64,000 bases of DNA from Rhina ancylostomus (taxonomy: Eukaryota), in the NCBI GenBank assembly GCA_030265395.1, contig JARFYF010000063.1:47943001-48007000 (forward strand). Direction: 5' to 3'. Below are positions 1 through 12,812 of this stretch, in pieces; positions within the stretch are counted from its first letter, which is position 1; the number at the start of each line of letters is the position of its first letter. The notes beneath the pieces were generated by a model. It saw only the letters and a program-made list of their open reading frames with translations. It was not told the origin of the DNA and made no database searches. The position numbers and the translations under genes were made by a program.

Positions 1-2819
1 CTTGTGACCCCGACCTCCACATGCCACACAGTCTAGGCACTGGAGTCTGTTTTGGAGGCTGCAGGAAGTCTTATCTCAGTGCGGATCAAGAATCCCATTT
101 GAACATTGGCCCTTTACTTAGCACGGTTTCAGAAGGTACAGGGTGAGTAAAAGTTGGCTGATCTGTGAATGATTAAGAAGCTTAAGAACCAATGAATCAT
201 AAGCTGGAGATGAATTTTTGGCTTTGCATTAGCATTGTCATCTTTTGGGGGCAGTTGTGTGCTGGATAAAATTTCCAGTGCTGAAGATAATCCTGATGGA
301 AATTCAGGGGAGTACTTTCTAATCAGGCACCAAGAAACCTGGTATTGGGAGCAATACTGCTCTGCTCTCGGTTACGGCAATTTTCAAATGCACAGCGTGA
401 TTTTTTTCCAGAGATGTGTGAAGAAATTTCTGGGCCACGGTGTTTAAGAACATCCTTCAATTATGACTTCATTCTTCTGTGCTTCACCCTCACTTAGCAA
501 AGCATGCCAACAATCCATCTCACTGGCTGCAATAACAGGCACTATATCTTGCCTTTCAGCACGTGGACCAGCCATTCCCCGGCCACTGAACATGTTGCAC
601 AGGCTTCATGCTTGCCCATCACCGACAAGATTCCAACTCTGACTCCTCTTCACCAATGAACAGCCTGGATCAGCAGTTTGCCCAACAGAATCTGAAACCT
701 GTCCTGTGATCCCTCACCCTTATTCACATATCTGCTAATTCCTGCATTCTGGGGATTCAGAGACCCTTTAGACTGTAGGTTTCAGCTGCAATGACAACAA
801 CAATGCTTGGTAATAGGGCAATGCCAAGGAATGTCTTGCTTGTTGGGTCCACTGCAGCAAATTTCAGTAGCAGCCAAAGACTGAGGTTCCAGTGCTCCTT
901 ATGGTCCTTCTTATGGTCCTTAGAGTTCTACCTCACACATTGCATGACTGAAAATCACTGGTCACAGTGGAGAGCAGGCCTAAGGTAATGAGCTGGGGGG
1001 AGTGGTGCTGTTAAAAGTCTAAATGAGGCCTGGGGTTTGAGACGAGTCCCACATACGGGCCTGGTGGGGGACTGGGGGGTGGGGAAGAAGCAACTTGGGT
1101 GGGTGGGAGTATCAGCCAAAAGTAATCATTTTGGGGCAGAATTAAGTATTGGGGACCTACCACAGTCAGGTTCTACCTGAGTCAGGTGAGCCTGCTTTAA
1201 ATCAGAAGCTCCAAAGCAGCATTTCAGAGGAATGGCTTGATTCCTTGCACAGCCAAGGCAGAAGTCACATCATCCATACAAATGAGATTCACAACTGTGT
1301 GGTTAAATCTCCAGGGTGCCATGATCTGACCCTGAAATGCTTACAATCACATTCCACCCCTGAAATAACTGCTTTTCATTCAGGTGACAGAATTTCTTGG
1401 TTCTTGTTCCTTTAAGGACTCCTATTTATAACCTTTGAGCAACACTTTACAAGTGGGACTTGAAAGGGTTTTAAACACTGGGATTTTAGTAAATATTTTC
1501 ATGCCTGAAGCTATGATTTCACTCCTTCCATTAAAGTTGATGAAATCTACATTTGATCATAATAAATCCAGTTAGGTGCTGGCAACTTACAGGCAAGAGA
1601 TAACAAGTAGACATTTAACATTGATCACAACGCAAACACATGCAAAATATCTACTCCTGGTGGTACATACCTATGCACAAGAGTTCTATTGAAGTCAACA
1701 GATTTTAAGTACTTTCAAGAATATAGGGCTTAAATACTAAGTTAAAATATAATATATTTTAGGTATAATTATGGTTTAAATATACCACTTGAAAAGAACT
1801 GAAACATGAAGAAAATGCATTATTATTGACCAAAAGTACTTGGGAATAGAATGAGGGGAATTTACTTCTTACTTCCAATATGTTTAGGGTCCTCAATGAG
1901 TGTTGGTTTCTGCACTGCCTGTAAAAGCAGACAATTATTAAACAGGCAAAACAGGAGTCAACAAGAGGTCAAAGGGAAGTGACAGAAGATAGGTCCTGGA
2001 TATGGAAATGTCTGGAATTTCTGATAATTTTAAATGAGACTCTGGGTCAAATGAAGAGTGTTCACATCTGTGTCCATTCAGTAAAAATCTGAAGCTGCAG
2101 AAGGGAACAAACCCTCATCTATCCATCAAGGGGNNNNNNNNNNNNNNNNNNNNNNNNNNNNNNNNNNNNNNNNNNNNNNNNNNNNNNNNNNNNNNNNNNN
2201 NNNNNNNNNNNNNNNNNNNNNNNNNNNNNNNNNTCAAGGGGAAATTCTAGGATAAATTGGGATAGAAGCTTGCACCATTCTTTGCAACGGTGATTTTTCC
2301 ACGTTCATTTCTCAACCCCTCAACTCCTACACTCAAGCTCCTTCCTCACCCACCACCTTCTTTAATCTCTGGCACCTTTTTTTAAGTTTACCTCTCACCA
2401 CCCCTTCCCCAATCCAGCTCCTGAGTGTTTGAAACTAGGCTTGATAGGATTCTTCCCCAATCCACCTAGAAATTCCTCAACCACTGATATTTAAATATAT
2501 ATCCTGTTTATCTTTCACAGGGAACATTTTTTTTTCATTGTGTAAGTCAAGCAGGATGTGTTACAAAAATAACTGACTACCTTACTCGTAATGCGGCTGC
2601 AATGGGACCTTGCTACAACTGAGTGTTCTCTCGTTGAAAATCAGGCACTGCTAACTTGCATGCAACTAATGTCTAGTATTCTAAACTGAGGTTGTTTGGA
2701 ATTTTTTTTACACACACATTCTATACCTTCTGCATCCTACAATTACAGATGGTGTTCAGCATGGTTTAAGTGCATAGTAAGGTTCTTTATGCTCTCCTCA
2801 ACAGAGAGGGACAAAAGCC

Positions 2820-3170
2820 TGCACTTAGCAATTTTGTTTTGCAACCTTGGGGCATCCTAAAGATCTTTATAGCTGGTGAAGAACTTTCTTTTTTGAAGTG
2901 CAATCATTGCTGTAGTGTAGGGAAATTGACAAGTAATTTGCACACAGCAGGCTGCCATAAATAGCAAAATTAAATAATTTAGATATTTTTAATGATGTCT
3001 GATGGATAAAGATTGACTTGGACACTGGGGGGAGCTTTCCTGTTCTTTGAAATGTATTATGGGATCTTTCAGCTGAAAGGGCAGATGGGACTTTACTTTA
3101 ATATGTCATTTGAAAGACAGTGCCTCAGATAGTACGACAGTCTGTCAGTATTGGGCTGGAAGCTGGGGGT
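2820..3170 (-). mobile_element. Deu-domain SINE (SacSINE1-like), degenerate
   Basis: Reverse complement matches the SINE body and L2-like tail seen at 25465-25870 (ggacactggggggagct, gggatcttt...gggcagatggg, tttgaaagacagtgcctc). Confidence 0.75.
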
Positions 3171-3559
3171 ACCTTCTACTGTTCTAGAATCATGGATGAC
3201 TGCAAATGACTTCTCTAAGATCAGCCAATAGTGCTGTAGTGTTGACTGCTTTTTGATGATGAAATGGTAGTGTTAAAAATTGCAAGCTCAAAGTATATGC
3301 TAAGGCAAGACTGTTGAAGGAATCTGGCCAGTTCTCTGCCAGCGCAGATGATTACATGATACTTATAAAATCTCTCCAGCCACTTAATAGGGTGAATATA
3401 ATCCTGAACATGAACCAATCGGGAAAACCAAGTTACTGCAGCTAAATCATTTGGAAACAAATGTCAGATGAAACTCTCAGTGTTTTGTGTAAGGCTTGTA
3501 GCACTTGTGATCGGAAGAGAGAGGGACTCAGGATGTTTTGGAGATCGCTGATTCTCCTA

Positions 3560-3790
3560 TAGTAAAAACAAAACATGCTGGACACCTCCAGCAGGTCTGG
3601 CAATATCTGTGGAAAGAGAAATGATGTTGACATTTCAAGTCAGAGACCTTTTATCAGAATCAGAAATCGATTGTGCTTTAAGCCACAGTGAGGAGGGATG
3701 GGGAGAGAGAGACAAGGGGAACATCTGTGATAGGTTGGAGACTAAGAGAGACTGAATGACAATAAAAGTGGTGGCAACATCAGGTGATAT
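3560..3790 (-). mobile_element. Penelope-like pLTR fragment with degenerate hammerhead motif
   Basis: atgctggacacctccagcaggtctggcaatatctgtggaaagagaaa...tttcaagtcagagaccttttatcagaa. The reverse complement gives CTGATAA-AAGGTCTCTGACTT-GAAA. Confidence 0.7.
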
Positions 3791-4144
3791 CAGGCATTGA
3801 TTTTCAAACACTATTTCTTGTCTCCGTCTCTTTTCTGCTGATAGAAACACCTTTTTTCTCTCCCCCCCACCACCACAATCTTCTGTAGGATAGAAATTTG
3901 CCCACAGTCACTTGCAGTGAACATGCTTCCAAAGTTCAGTTCTACTTAAGTCAATGGAATTAAACATCAAAAATTCAAAGCAACACCCATCCATGATTAT
4001 ATAGCACATGTTTTGCAAGCAAGTGAGGACAAATTTAATGTGGAACGGGTAAATCTCCTAAGTACATGGCGAGTTTATCAAAGCACACAGCACAACAATC
4101 TGTACAGATTAGACAATCCTGGAATATTACTGAAAAATAAATAT

Positions 4145-4250
4145 CAACTCTGATGAAAGGTCATTAACATGAAGTACTAATCTTGTCTCTCTCTCCACAC
4201 ATGCTGCCCGACCTGCTGGATTTTTCCAGCCCTTTCCAGTTTCATTGCAA
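4145..4250 (+). mobile_element. Penelope-like pLTR 3' fragment
   Basis: ctgatgaaaggtcatt...tctctctctccacacatgctgcccgacctgctggatttttccagc, the same family as 9050-9144. Confidence 0.7.
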
Positions 4251-7200
4251 AAGCAAAATATGGAAATGCAGATCTGAATTTGTGAAAGGCAAAGTTGGAG
4301 CTAGTGGCAGAGAATGCGATGTACAACGTGGGATTAACAGATGGAATGGATTTCCATGTGGAGTATTGAAGTTAAAACCAGCAACCCATCATTTCAGAAA
4401 CAATCAGACGTTGCAGTGGGGGTAGGGGTAAGTGGAAGGTCATTCTGGATGAATGAACTAAGAGAGGCAAAATGACCTTCCTCATCCAATTTAATCTTGC
4501 GATATGAATTTAAGGTCCCGGGGGTGACAGAATAGTGTCCCTAGGGAGACATTAACCTAAAAAAAAATGAAACCTAAAGGGTTAAAGCCCCCATCACAAT
4601 AACAGGCTGAGGAATGTCAAATGAACTCATCAAGCATTTGTTCCCTAATGTCACCAGCAGTAAAATGTAATCTTAGAGCTTCAGTACAGACACGAGCGGA
4701 ATCAGGAAACATCTGTATGAGGTCAGGGGATTCAGAAACTGACTGATCAATCATTCAAATACAATTCCTATTATATTTTAAATAAATTTTATTCCAAAGG
4801 CTATACTTCAAAAAGCTGGAAGAATTTATTTTTAGCAGGATGTTGTACAGGATTTAAAAGACTTGGGTTCTGTAGCTGAAGCAGCAAACATTCTACCGAG
4901 GAGGATCTCAGGCTGAATTTGTTGGTTTGTTTTCTCCATTCTGATCCTCCTCTAATCCTGTGACCCCTTTTTTAAAAAAAATACATGGGCTGATTTGCAC
5001 ATTGACCAGCTTCATTTTATAATCTCTCTGAGACTCACAAAGCCAGATGCCAGACCTCAACCTGTCTTTTGCTTTACCGTGTCTGACCCTGGAGAAATTT
5101 GTGATGATGCAAGTCAAACTCAACCCGGGCTCACCTCCTGCCTCCCTGCTGTTTTAGGACCAGAATGAAATCATACATCCACATAACCCAATAGCTTTCC
5201 TCCCCCTGTGCAAAATACCTTTTCTCCTGGGTGCTGGTCTCAAAAATGGGGCAGTGTAATCTGACTGAGAAGACAGATCTGACCCAGACGGTTCTTCCAG
5301 CTATCCATTTGGAAGCAATCTCTTGCATGAGACTTGGAATAAAAAAATCTTCAAAACCAGCATACTGAGTACAAATAAATGAACCTGACCAAGGCTATTC
5401 AGCATGTTCTTTTTTAATGATAGGAATTTATTATATTATAAGGAAACCTTCATCTTGTTATACAATATCAGCAAATTAAAATAGATTTTTGGATGAAGGG
5501 TGAATAAAAACAATTTCAAGACCATGCTGTTTGACGATTTAATTTTGGTCTCTCACTGCTTACTCCTCTTCTACTGCCTGACACAAAATAAAATTCAATA
5601 CTTCAAGGTCTATAATAACATATCTGAAAATCTCAACAGACTGTAGTATATAGCCCTGGGTGCATGCACATTATTATATGGAGAGATTTGTGTGGCTTCT
5701 CAAACAATTATTTTCTTAAGAGAGTGGTGTTCATCCTAGCACAATGGAAGACACATAATTTGCATGTGCTAGACATGTGAAAAGGGGCTTTTCATTGTTA
5801 GTCCCAATACCTCTGTTTCGATTTCCACTAACTGAAGGTTGGGGCAAAATCTCTGCAGGTCAGTAAGTTCATTATCAAGCCACTGGATGATTTGTGAAGT
5901 CAGATGTGTATTACTTTTGGGATCTTGCATAATACTGAAATGGTGCTGCATACACAGTGCGGGTGTTTCCCATCCACATCCAAACCCTTAACCACTCCAA
6001 GCATCCAATTGCTCATTCTAACCTCCTTATGACATACCAAAAGGCCTACTGTGAGGCTGGCAGATCAAAATGAACTTTTCCAATGGAGTAAGCAGCCAAT
6101 GAGGTGTAACAGGTGTCTGTGGCTCACTATGAATATGTACATGAGGTCTGAGAAGCAATTCATGACACACCTCAGGGCTTGGTTTGGCTGTGAGCTGCCT
6201 CAGCAGGGCTGTGTCTGATCCTAAAAGCACCCTACCTTAAAGTCAGGTGTGACCTATATTTGACATTGTTTATTATCTTTTGGGAGTCTTACACTCTGCT
6301 TGATTCTGTAGCAACAAAGCCACTATGGGGTTGTGGGCTGGGCAGGAATGGTGGGGTAGAGGCTTAGCTGGCATGAACAAATTTGCTGATGGCACTGTCC
6401 TCGATTCTGGCAAAGCGACAAGCTATAAATCTAACTGAGATATATGCTACACCATAAGTGAGGTTTAGTGGGTGGGGGTTGGGGGGGTGGTGGTTGTTAG
6501 TATTGGCTGGAGTGCAAGGCAAGGTGGGCTGTTTGCTGCCTATTTTTCTTTTTATCTATTGTATTTATGGAATGTGTTTTTCGACAATCACCATCAAGTA
6601 AAATTGATTAACATCCAAATGTGAATCCCTAGACATCTGCTCTGTCTTGTCTTTCTTAAGAAGACACATGGTTAGACCCGAGTCAGTCGGAACAAATCTC
6701 CTTCAAATGCACTATGTCAACACTTACTTTGTTAACTTTCCCAGGTAAACTCCTTGGATAAGCAAATTCATGCATTTAATTTGATTAGTCGAGGCCTATT
6801 AGCATAAAAACAAAGCTGCGAGATCTATTTTTCCAGTTCTGAAGCATACACAGCACACGTTCAAAGCATTATCTTTCTGCTCAGTGTTAATCAGATAGGC
6901 TCCATTCTAATCAACCATAAAAACTACAGTAACACTCCACAGACCCCATGATTCAAATAAAGTTTCCCTCTTGTTACCCCATTCAAAAATCCTCTTGGAT
7001 CTTGCTTGGATATAATAGGCTGACTGGCAAATCCTCTGAATCTCAGAAGACAAGCTAACTATTGGAGGGTTATTTCTACGTCTTAAAGGATCTGTGTAGT
7101 AAATTTCAAAATCCTATTAGTTTTGCTCATTTGGAACATTTGCCATTGGCTGTTAAAGAGCAAATTATGTTTTGACAAAGCTTTACAGGGATCAATAAGA

Positions 7201-8906
7201 ATCAGTTGAAATTATCTGTATTTCAGTGTAATTTGTATCTGCCAAACTGTAATGTAATAACTGGTTAGAACAATAAAGTAATGCCTTGGACAATGCTGAG
7301 ATTTCCGTTGTTCATTATAAGATCTTTTGGTGAAGTAAGGAAGATGTGGCTGCAAACACTTGTCCTGCTGATTCTGAGAGTCAATGGAACAATTAGAGGC
7401 TGCTCCTCCCTGCTATCATGACACACATGCAAGTGTAAGCAGCAGGCTGCCAAAATGAAATTGTGGTACAAGTACACTCAACTTGTCTCACATTTTCTAT
7501 TGGTTCTTTAGGGTTTTCATTTTCACACCAGCTGATGGAGTCCAAGTGGGATGGGCTGATGGGGTGTAGATCAATACATTAAGATATGGAGATTGATCAA
7601 TTCCCTCAGTGACCACATTAACAGACTCCTAAATGTGAACTCTGACCAGTGGAATGGCTTAAATTCTATTCAACCTCACCATTTTCAAAATAAGAGTAAT
7701 GCAGGTCAAAGGTCTCTGTTTCCTATTAATTAGTGTGGTTTTCCTTTGGGAGACCAACTGTACAGCTAAATAACCCTGCTTGTCAATAGCACAATCTGCA
7801 TTCATGTACAAATTTTCAGCCTGCAAGTACTTCCTCATACATGTGTCACATGCATCTTGAAAATCTGGCACTGGGAAAAAATGTTTATGCACCAAAGAGT
7901 CTGCATTACTCTATTTTAAAATTATGAAATGGAGAAACTACAGTTCATTAAATGGCTAAAGTGCAGCTTGACTAATGAAACTCTGCGATGTAGGTTCCTA
8001 ATGAACTGTGTCTGAACATTTTCCATGCACTTGCCTGCTTTATGTTTAATGACCAATGGACAGTTTCATGAATTAACTATTGCTAATCAGAAATCTGATG
8101 TGCTAGAAGCAGTCACTGCTACCCTTACAAAAATGTCATGTCAGCATCTGTACTGAACATTTACCAAACAGGTTCTTAGTCTTGATGAGAAGCTCATTTT
8201 GATGCCAATAAATGTGGAACCACAAACTTCTTTATCTCACTTATTGATTTTCTTTTTTAAGTACTCAGTAGGTGATGGGAATATTGAAACATTGGTATAT
8301 CAGTGCTGGGAATATGAAAATATTGATATATTGATCATAGGGAAAATCAATAATCTATGTTAATTCAGCATGATATGGCTACAAATCTGTTGAAGATGAA
8401 GTAATCATTGGATTTATCAAGATTGTGTCAGGAAGGTCAGGCAAATCAATCAATCCTTTTGAAAATCAACATGTAATAAGCACAATATGTGTTTCTCTGC
8501 AGCAGTCCTGCAGAGATCTGGAGTGAAAGACTAGAAGGTATATCAGCACCAAAGTGCAAGTGAAGCTTTTACCCATTGATCCACAGTACTTCTATGCTGT
8601 GCTTCTATGTGACTGACAGAAAAGTATTGTACATGTTGGTATCTGATATGTGAGCTGCAGTGTGAGGGCAGATTGTGTTGAGAGGAGTTTGCGTCTACAG
8701 GAGGAAGCTCACTAATGTGCTTGCTTCATCATTTAACTATTTGAAAGGGGCAGAAATGTACTAATGTTGGAGGTATGTAATTACCAGATTAGTCTTTGAA
8801 GTGCATACTGTGGGATAGAAAATTGCCTTAGATACCAACACAAACGGAATGGCATTGCTTTGACCATCCATTCTTACAATGAAGTCAAGCAAACTGAATA
8901 TTAGGT

Positions 8907-9144
8907 ATAAATCAACAAGAAAACTACAGATGCTGGAAACTCAAAACGAAAACAGGAAATGTTGGGAATGCTCAGCAGGTCAGGCAGCATCTGTGGAAAT
9001 TTAAACAGTTAAGATTATGGATCAGGGGCTCTTCATCAGATGTTCTATTCTGATGAATGGTCTCAGACCTGAAACATTAACTGTTTCACTTTCCACAGAT
9101 GCTGCCTGATCTGTTGAGTGTTTCCAGCATTTCCTGTTTTTATT
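8907..9144. mobile_element. Palindromic Penelope-pLTR-derived insertion with 12-bp TSD
   Basis: Left arm (to ~9040) is the reverse complement of the right arm (9050-9144). Flanked by TGAATATTAGGT (8895-8906) and TGAATATCAGGT (9145-9156). Confidence 0.85.
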
Positions 9145-10559
9145 TGAATATCAGGTGGGATGTGTCTTCACCCATTTTGCATTCTTTTTTGAGACAAATT
9201 AAAATTCATGCCCCGGCTACACAAATATCATGTTTTGATACTTTTTAAATTCTTTGTGCTGATAGCCCAAGTACAAGAGCTTTCTACAAATCACTCTACC
9301 AGATGTTCCAGAATGAAAAGCTACTACCATTTTAAAAGCTGTATGAGACCTTTAGCATTCATAAAAATATCAAGTATGAAGCTACGAGTGCAATAAGAAC
9401 AGAAAGCACATCTTCTCAGTTTAGGGAATCACAAACTCCTCCTTTCAGCAGCATAAAGATGCTGACAATTTACACAGAATCAAACTTCTTTATTTTCAAT
9501 TGCATTCCAACAGTTTTGGGCAACTACAACCAATTAGACCTAGAATAACTCACCTCAATCTTTATTTAATGACCCATTAAAACTGTTCTGCTGTACTGAC
9601 AAGCTGGATTTACAAAGTAGCTACACAAAGTTATTTGATTTGTGCCACTTCTGAAATACAGTCTCTGGGAAGATTATGGAAAAGGAACTAATAATGATAA
9701 GTACATGGTCATGAAAACAAATGCTCAGCAATAAAATCAAAGACAGACTTCAACAGATACCTGATAACTAATATTGATAATCACAATTGACGTTTCAATG
9801 ACTCCAGTCTTACTAACATTTAATTAAAGGACTCTAATTAGTTCAGCAAAACAGAAGCATTTACAAGATTATCTCTGACTTGTATATAAATGAATGTGGC
9901 ACAGATTATAGTTGGGGAGGTACTGCAGTTGTGACTAATATTCAATAATGAGCAGCATAAAAAAACAGTCTGGTGGATCGCAGTCAGTAACAGACATGCC
10001 ATCAGATGATACCTCTGTTTTACGCCAAGGTTTTGTGCCTCATCAAAGTAGCAAGTGCATGAACAGCTCCCTCCTTGCTGCTAGCATTTTTTGTTTATGT
10101 AACTGCAGTGAGAATGAAAGCCCTAAATCTATCCTTTTAACATAGTCACCCCACACATTTCCTTCCTACTGTCTATATCTGAGCTACATCACAGACTTCT
10201 GGTCTCCTGCCTGCAAGTCTAACCTCAGCTCTTTGAAGACCCTGGGTGACAGGGTGGAACAGAGTAGAGGATGACCTGCTCAGTAAAGCAGATGGAGGAG
10301 TGGTGGATTCTTAACAACAGCAGTGATATAAGGATCTCTTGGCCGTCACTTTGACAAGCTAACAAACACTACCCCAACAAAAAGGTTCATTTGATGCTCC
10401 CTTCTCAGTGTAGTTGGAGAAACGTTTGGTCTTACAATGAATAGTACTGTGAGGGTCATCAATCGGTACCCAATGAAAGAAAATCCATACAGCCTACTGT
10501 ACATCTTCTGCACTGCCTGTGTCAAGCACAAAGAGCAAACCATTTTGTGGTGTTCAATT

Positions 10560-11045
10560 GATTTGTTTTTTTTTTGTTTTTTTTCCTGTGGAGAGGCATC
10601 CATCATCAATAGATTTCCGCTTGCAAGACAGAATTTCCGGTGCCTAAACTACTGCTGGAAGTATGATCAAAAACATTGTCAAAATGCATTCATTCCCTCC
10701 ACCACTGGCAATACCATAGCTGCAGTGTGCATCATCTACAAAATGCACTATAACTATTTAATCAGGAAGCACCTCCCAAAAACCCCAGGACCTCTGTTAC
10801 CATGACGAGCAAGGACAGCAGGTGCATGGGAACATCCCTTTCAGGTCAACTGCCATCCCGATTTGGAAATTCATCTCTGAGTCTAACTCCTGTAACTCTC
10901 TACTCACCATACTGGGAGTAGAGTCACTGGAAGGCCTGCAACAGTTCAAAGGGGTGGCTTACCACCACCCTCTCAAAAGCGGTTAGGGATTGGTAATAAA
11001 TCTTGGCCTTGCAATCAACGCACATATCCCAATAACGAACTTAAA
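10560..11045 (+). mobile_element. CR1-clade LINE 3' end (HER1-like)
   Basis: gcagtgtgcatcatctacaaaatgcac...gcaggtgcatgggaacatc...ttagggattggtaataaatcttggccttgc...cacatatcccaa. The tail is shared with the SINE at 31870-32125. Confidence 0.7.
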
Positions 11046-11059
11046 GAAAGGAGGATGAG

Positions 11060-11325
11060 TGAACTGAAAATGGTTGGAAAGGTGGTGAGCATGTTTCCTT
11101 TGCTTTTGAAGGTGATCAGAGAAACCATTTTGAGTGCTTGGCCAGGATTTTGTAGTCAGGGGAGAAGTGATGACTCTTTCCACTAACATTGAAGAAAGCT
11201 GCCAAAAAGGATCTCCTGATCTCTGTGGTATTGGCTTCCCCTTCCCTGATGTCTCTGCTGCCAGGTCCAAATGGATCACCGGCATTCAGCAACACTGATG
11301 TCATCAACTGGGCTGAGCAGCACAC
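11060..11325 (-). mobile_element. Degenerate L1/Tx1-type reverse transcriptase fragment
   Basis: Minus ORF contains DYKILAK, characteristic of the L1/Tx1 RT N-terminal region. The rest is decayed and abuts a gap. Confidence 0.45.
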
Positions 11326-11830
11326 NNNNNNNNNNNNNNNNNNNNNNNNNNNNNNNNNNNNNNNNNNNNNNNNNNNNNNNNNNNNNNNNNNNNNNNNNNN
11401 NNNNNNNNNNNNNNNNNNNNNNNNNNNNNNNNNNNNNNNNNNNNNNNNNNNNNNNNNNNNNNNNNNNNNNNNNNNNNNNNNNNNNNNNNNNNNNNNNNNN
11501 NNNNNNNNNNNNNNNNNNNNNNNNNNNNTTAAGCATTTTATAGTGAATGAAGTTTGGAGAATATACACATTGTACTAAGGCAAGAGACTATATATCCTAA
11601 GCAGCTTTTTAAAATAAAAAGGAAATATTTCAAAATCATCAATAGCTTCAATAGTTCTTCATAAGTAACATTTTAAGTTTTATTTTCACCTCAAGTTAAC
11701 TGGTGAAAAAAAACTTGATTTTCTCCCAAATTTATACTGCCATTGCCATCACTGGAGTTGCCATCTAATCTTGATTCTGACTATGACAGTAATTTGGCTC
11801 AGGTATGGATTAATTAGATGGTATTTGTGT

Positions 11831-12100
11831 AAGGGTCACCAATCCTTCACAATTGCTCTGGAGTCATCAGAAATTCAAGATTAATCTCCTGGACACTGCT
11901 GCAGTCAAAACCTGGGAAGAAAGTCACTGGGGTGTTGAAACAAAATCAATGTTTTTGTCTGTTTCTTTGAACAGGTTACTTATTAGTAGTGAAAAGAATT
12001 TAGAAATTTAAAAAGGCTCTTTTGGGTGGGGCAGTTGGGAGTGGAGGGAGGCAAGTCATCTGATAAAAAATCCAGGTTCATATTCAATCACTGTTGATAA
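11831..12100 (+). mobile_element. Possible hAT-like non-autonomous DNA element end
   Basis: aagggtcaccaatccttcacaattgctctggagtc...gattaatctcctggacactgctgc resembles AGGGTTGCCAAC-type termini. The other end was not identified. Confidence 0.35.
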
Positions 12101-12120
12101 TTTTAGATTGAGGTAGTTTT

Positions 12121-12490
12121 TTCTCAAGCATATATTTTACTGATAATTTGTACAGGACATGCCTTTCTCTACCATCATTTTACCATCAATTCAAAACATT
12201 CTCCTGCAATACCTCATGTTTGCTTCTTAAACAATGCATTCATGAAGCATTTGAGAAGCTGTTCCTGCAGCCCCCTCCCTCCCAGTTCAGTGGCAACAGA
12301 ACCCTCTGTCCTACCCTACAGATCCTTTGTGGTGGCTTCACTGAGCTTCAGTGCATCCTTCGGCATGTACTTCTGCACCTTCGAACGTGCCAATTAGCAG
12401 CACTTATTGGCGGACATAAACTTACGCTGCAAGACCAAAGCACAAATTTCACCAAGTTGATGATCTCCCAGCAGCAGTTTGCCGCAGTAT
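12121..12490 (-). mobile_element. Tx1/L1-clade LINE 3' end (ORF2 C-terminus plus 3' UTR)
   Basis: Minus strand encodes NCCWEIINLVKFVLWS, then after a frameshift LVLQRKFMSANKCC*LARSKVQKYMPKDALKLSEATTKDL*GRT, a decayed Tx1-like C-terminus. The AT-rich tail ends in A's at 12121. Confidence 0.75.
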
Positions 12491-12812
12491 TCCTTCCTCT
12501 TCTTTGCTCTTCTACCCACCACCTCTCAGCTTATTACATCTTCTCCCCCTCCCCCACCCACTACCTTCCCCCTCTCACCTGGACTNNNNNNNNNNNNNNN
12601 NNNNNNNNNNNNNNNNNNNNNNNNNNNNNNNNNNNNNNNNNNNNNNNNNNNNNCTGGCTTCTGCCCTCTTCCTTTCCAGTCCTGATGACGAGTCCCGGCC
12701 CGAAATGTCGACTGTTTATTTCCCTCCATAGGTGCTGCCTGACCTGCTGGGTTCCTCCAGCACTTCTTGCGTATTGCTCCAGATTCCAGCATCTGCAGAA
12801 TTTCTTGCGTCT
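12490..12812 (+). mobile_element. Penelope-like pLTR with intact hammerhead core
   Basis: Pyrimidine-rich pLTR body, then cagtcCTGATGAcgagtcccggcccGAAAtgtcgactg...gctgcctgacctgctg...gattccagcatctgcag. Confidence 0.85.
12677..12714 (+). ncRNA. Minimal type I hammerhead ribozyme motif (predicted)
   Basis: Stem I CAGTC(12677-81)/GACTG(12710-14), core CTGATGA(12682-88), stem-loop II (12689-701, one mismatch), GAAA(12702-05), vestigial stem III and GTC cleavage triplet (12707-09). Activity untested. Confidence 0.7.
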
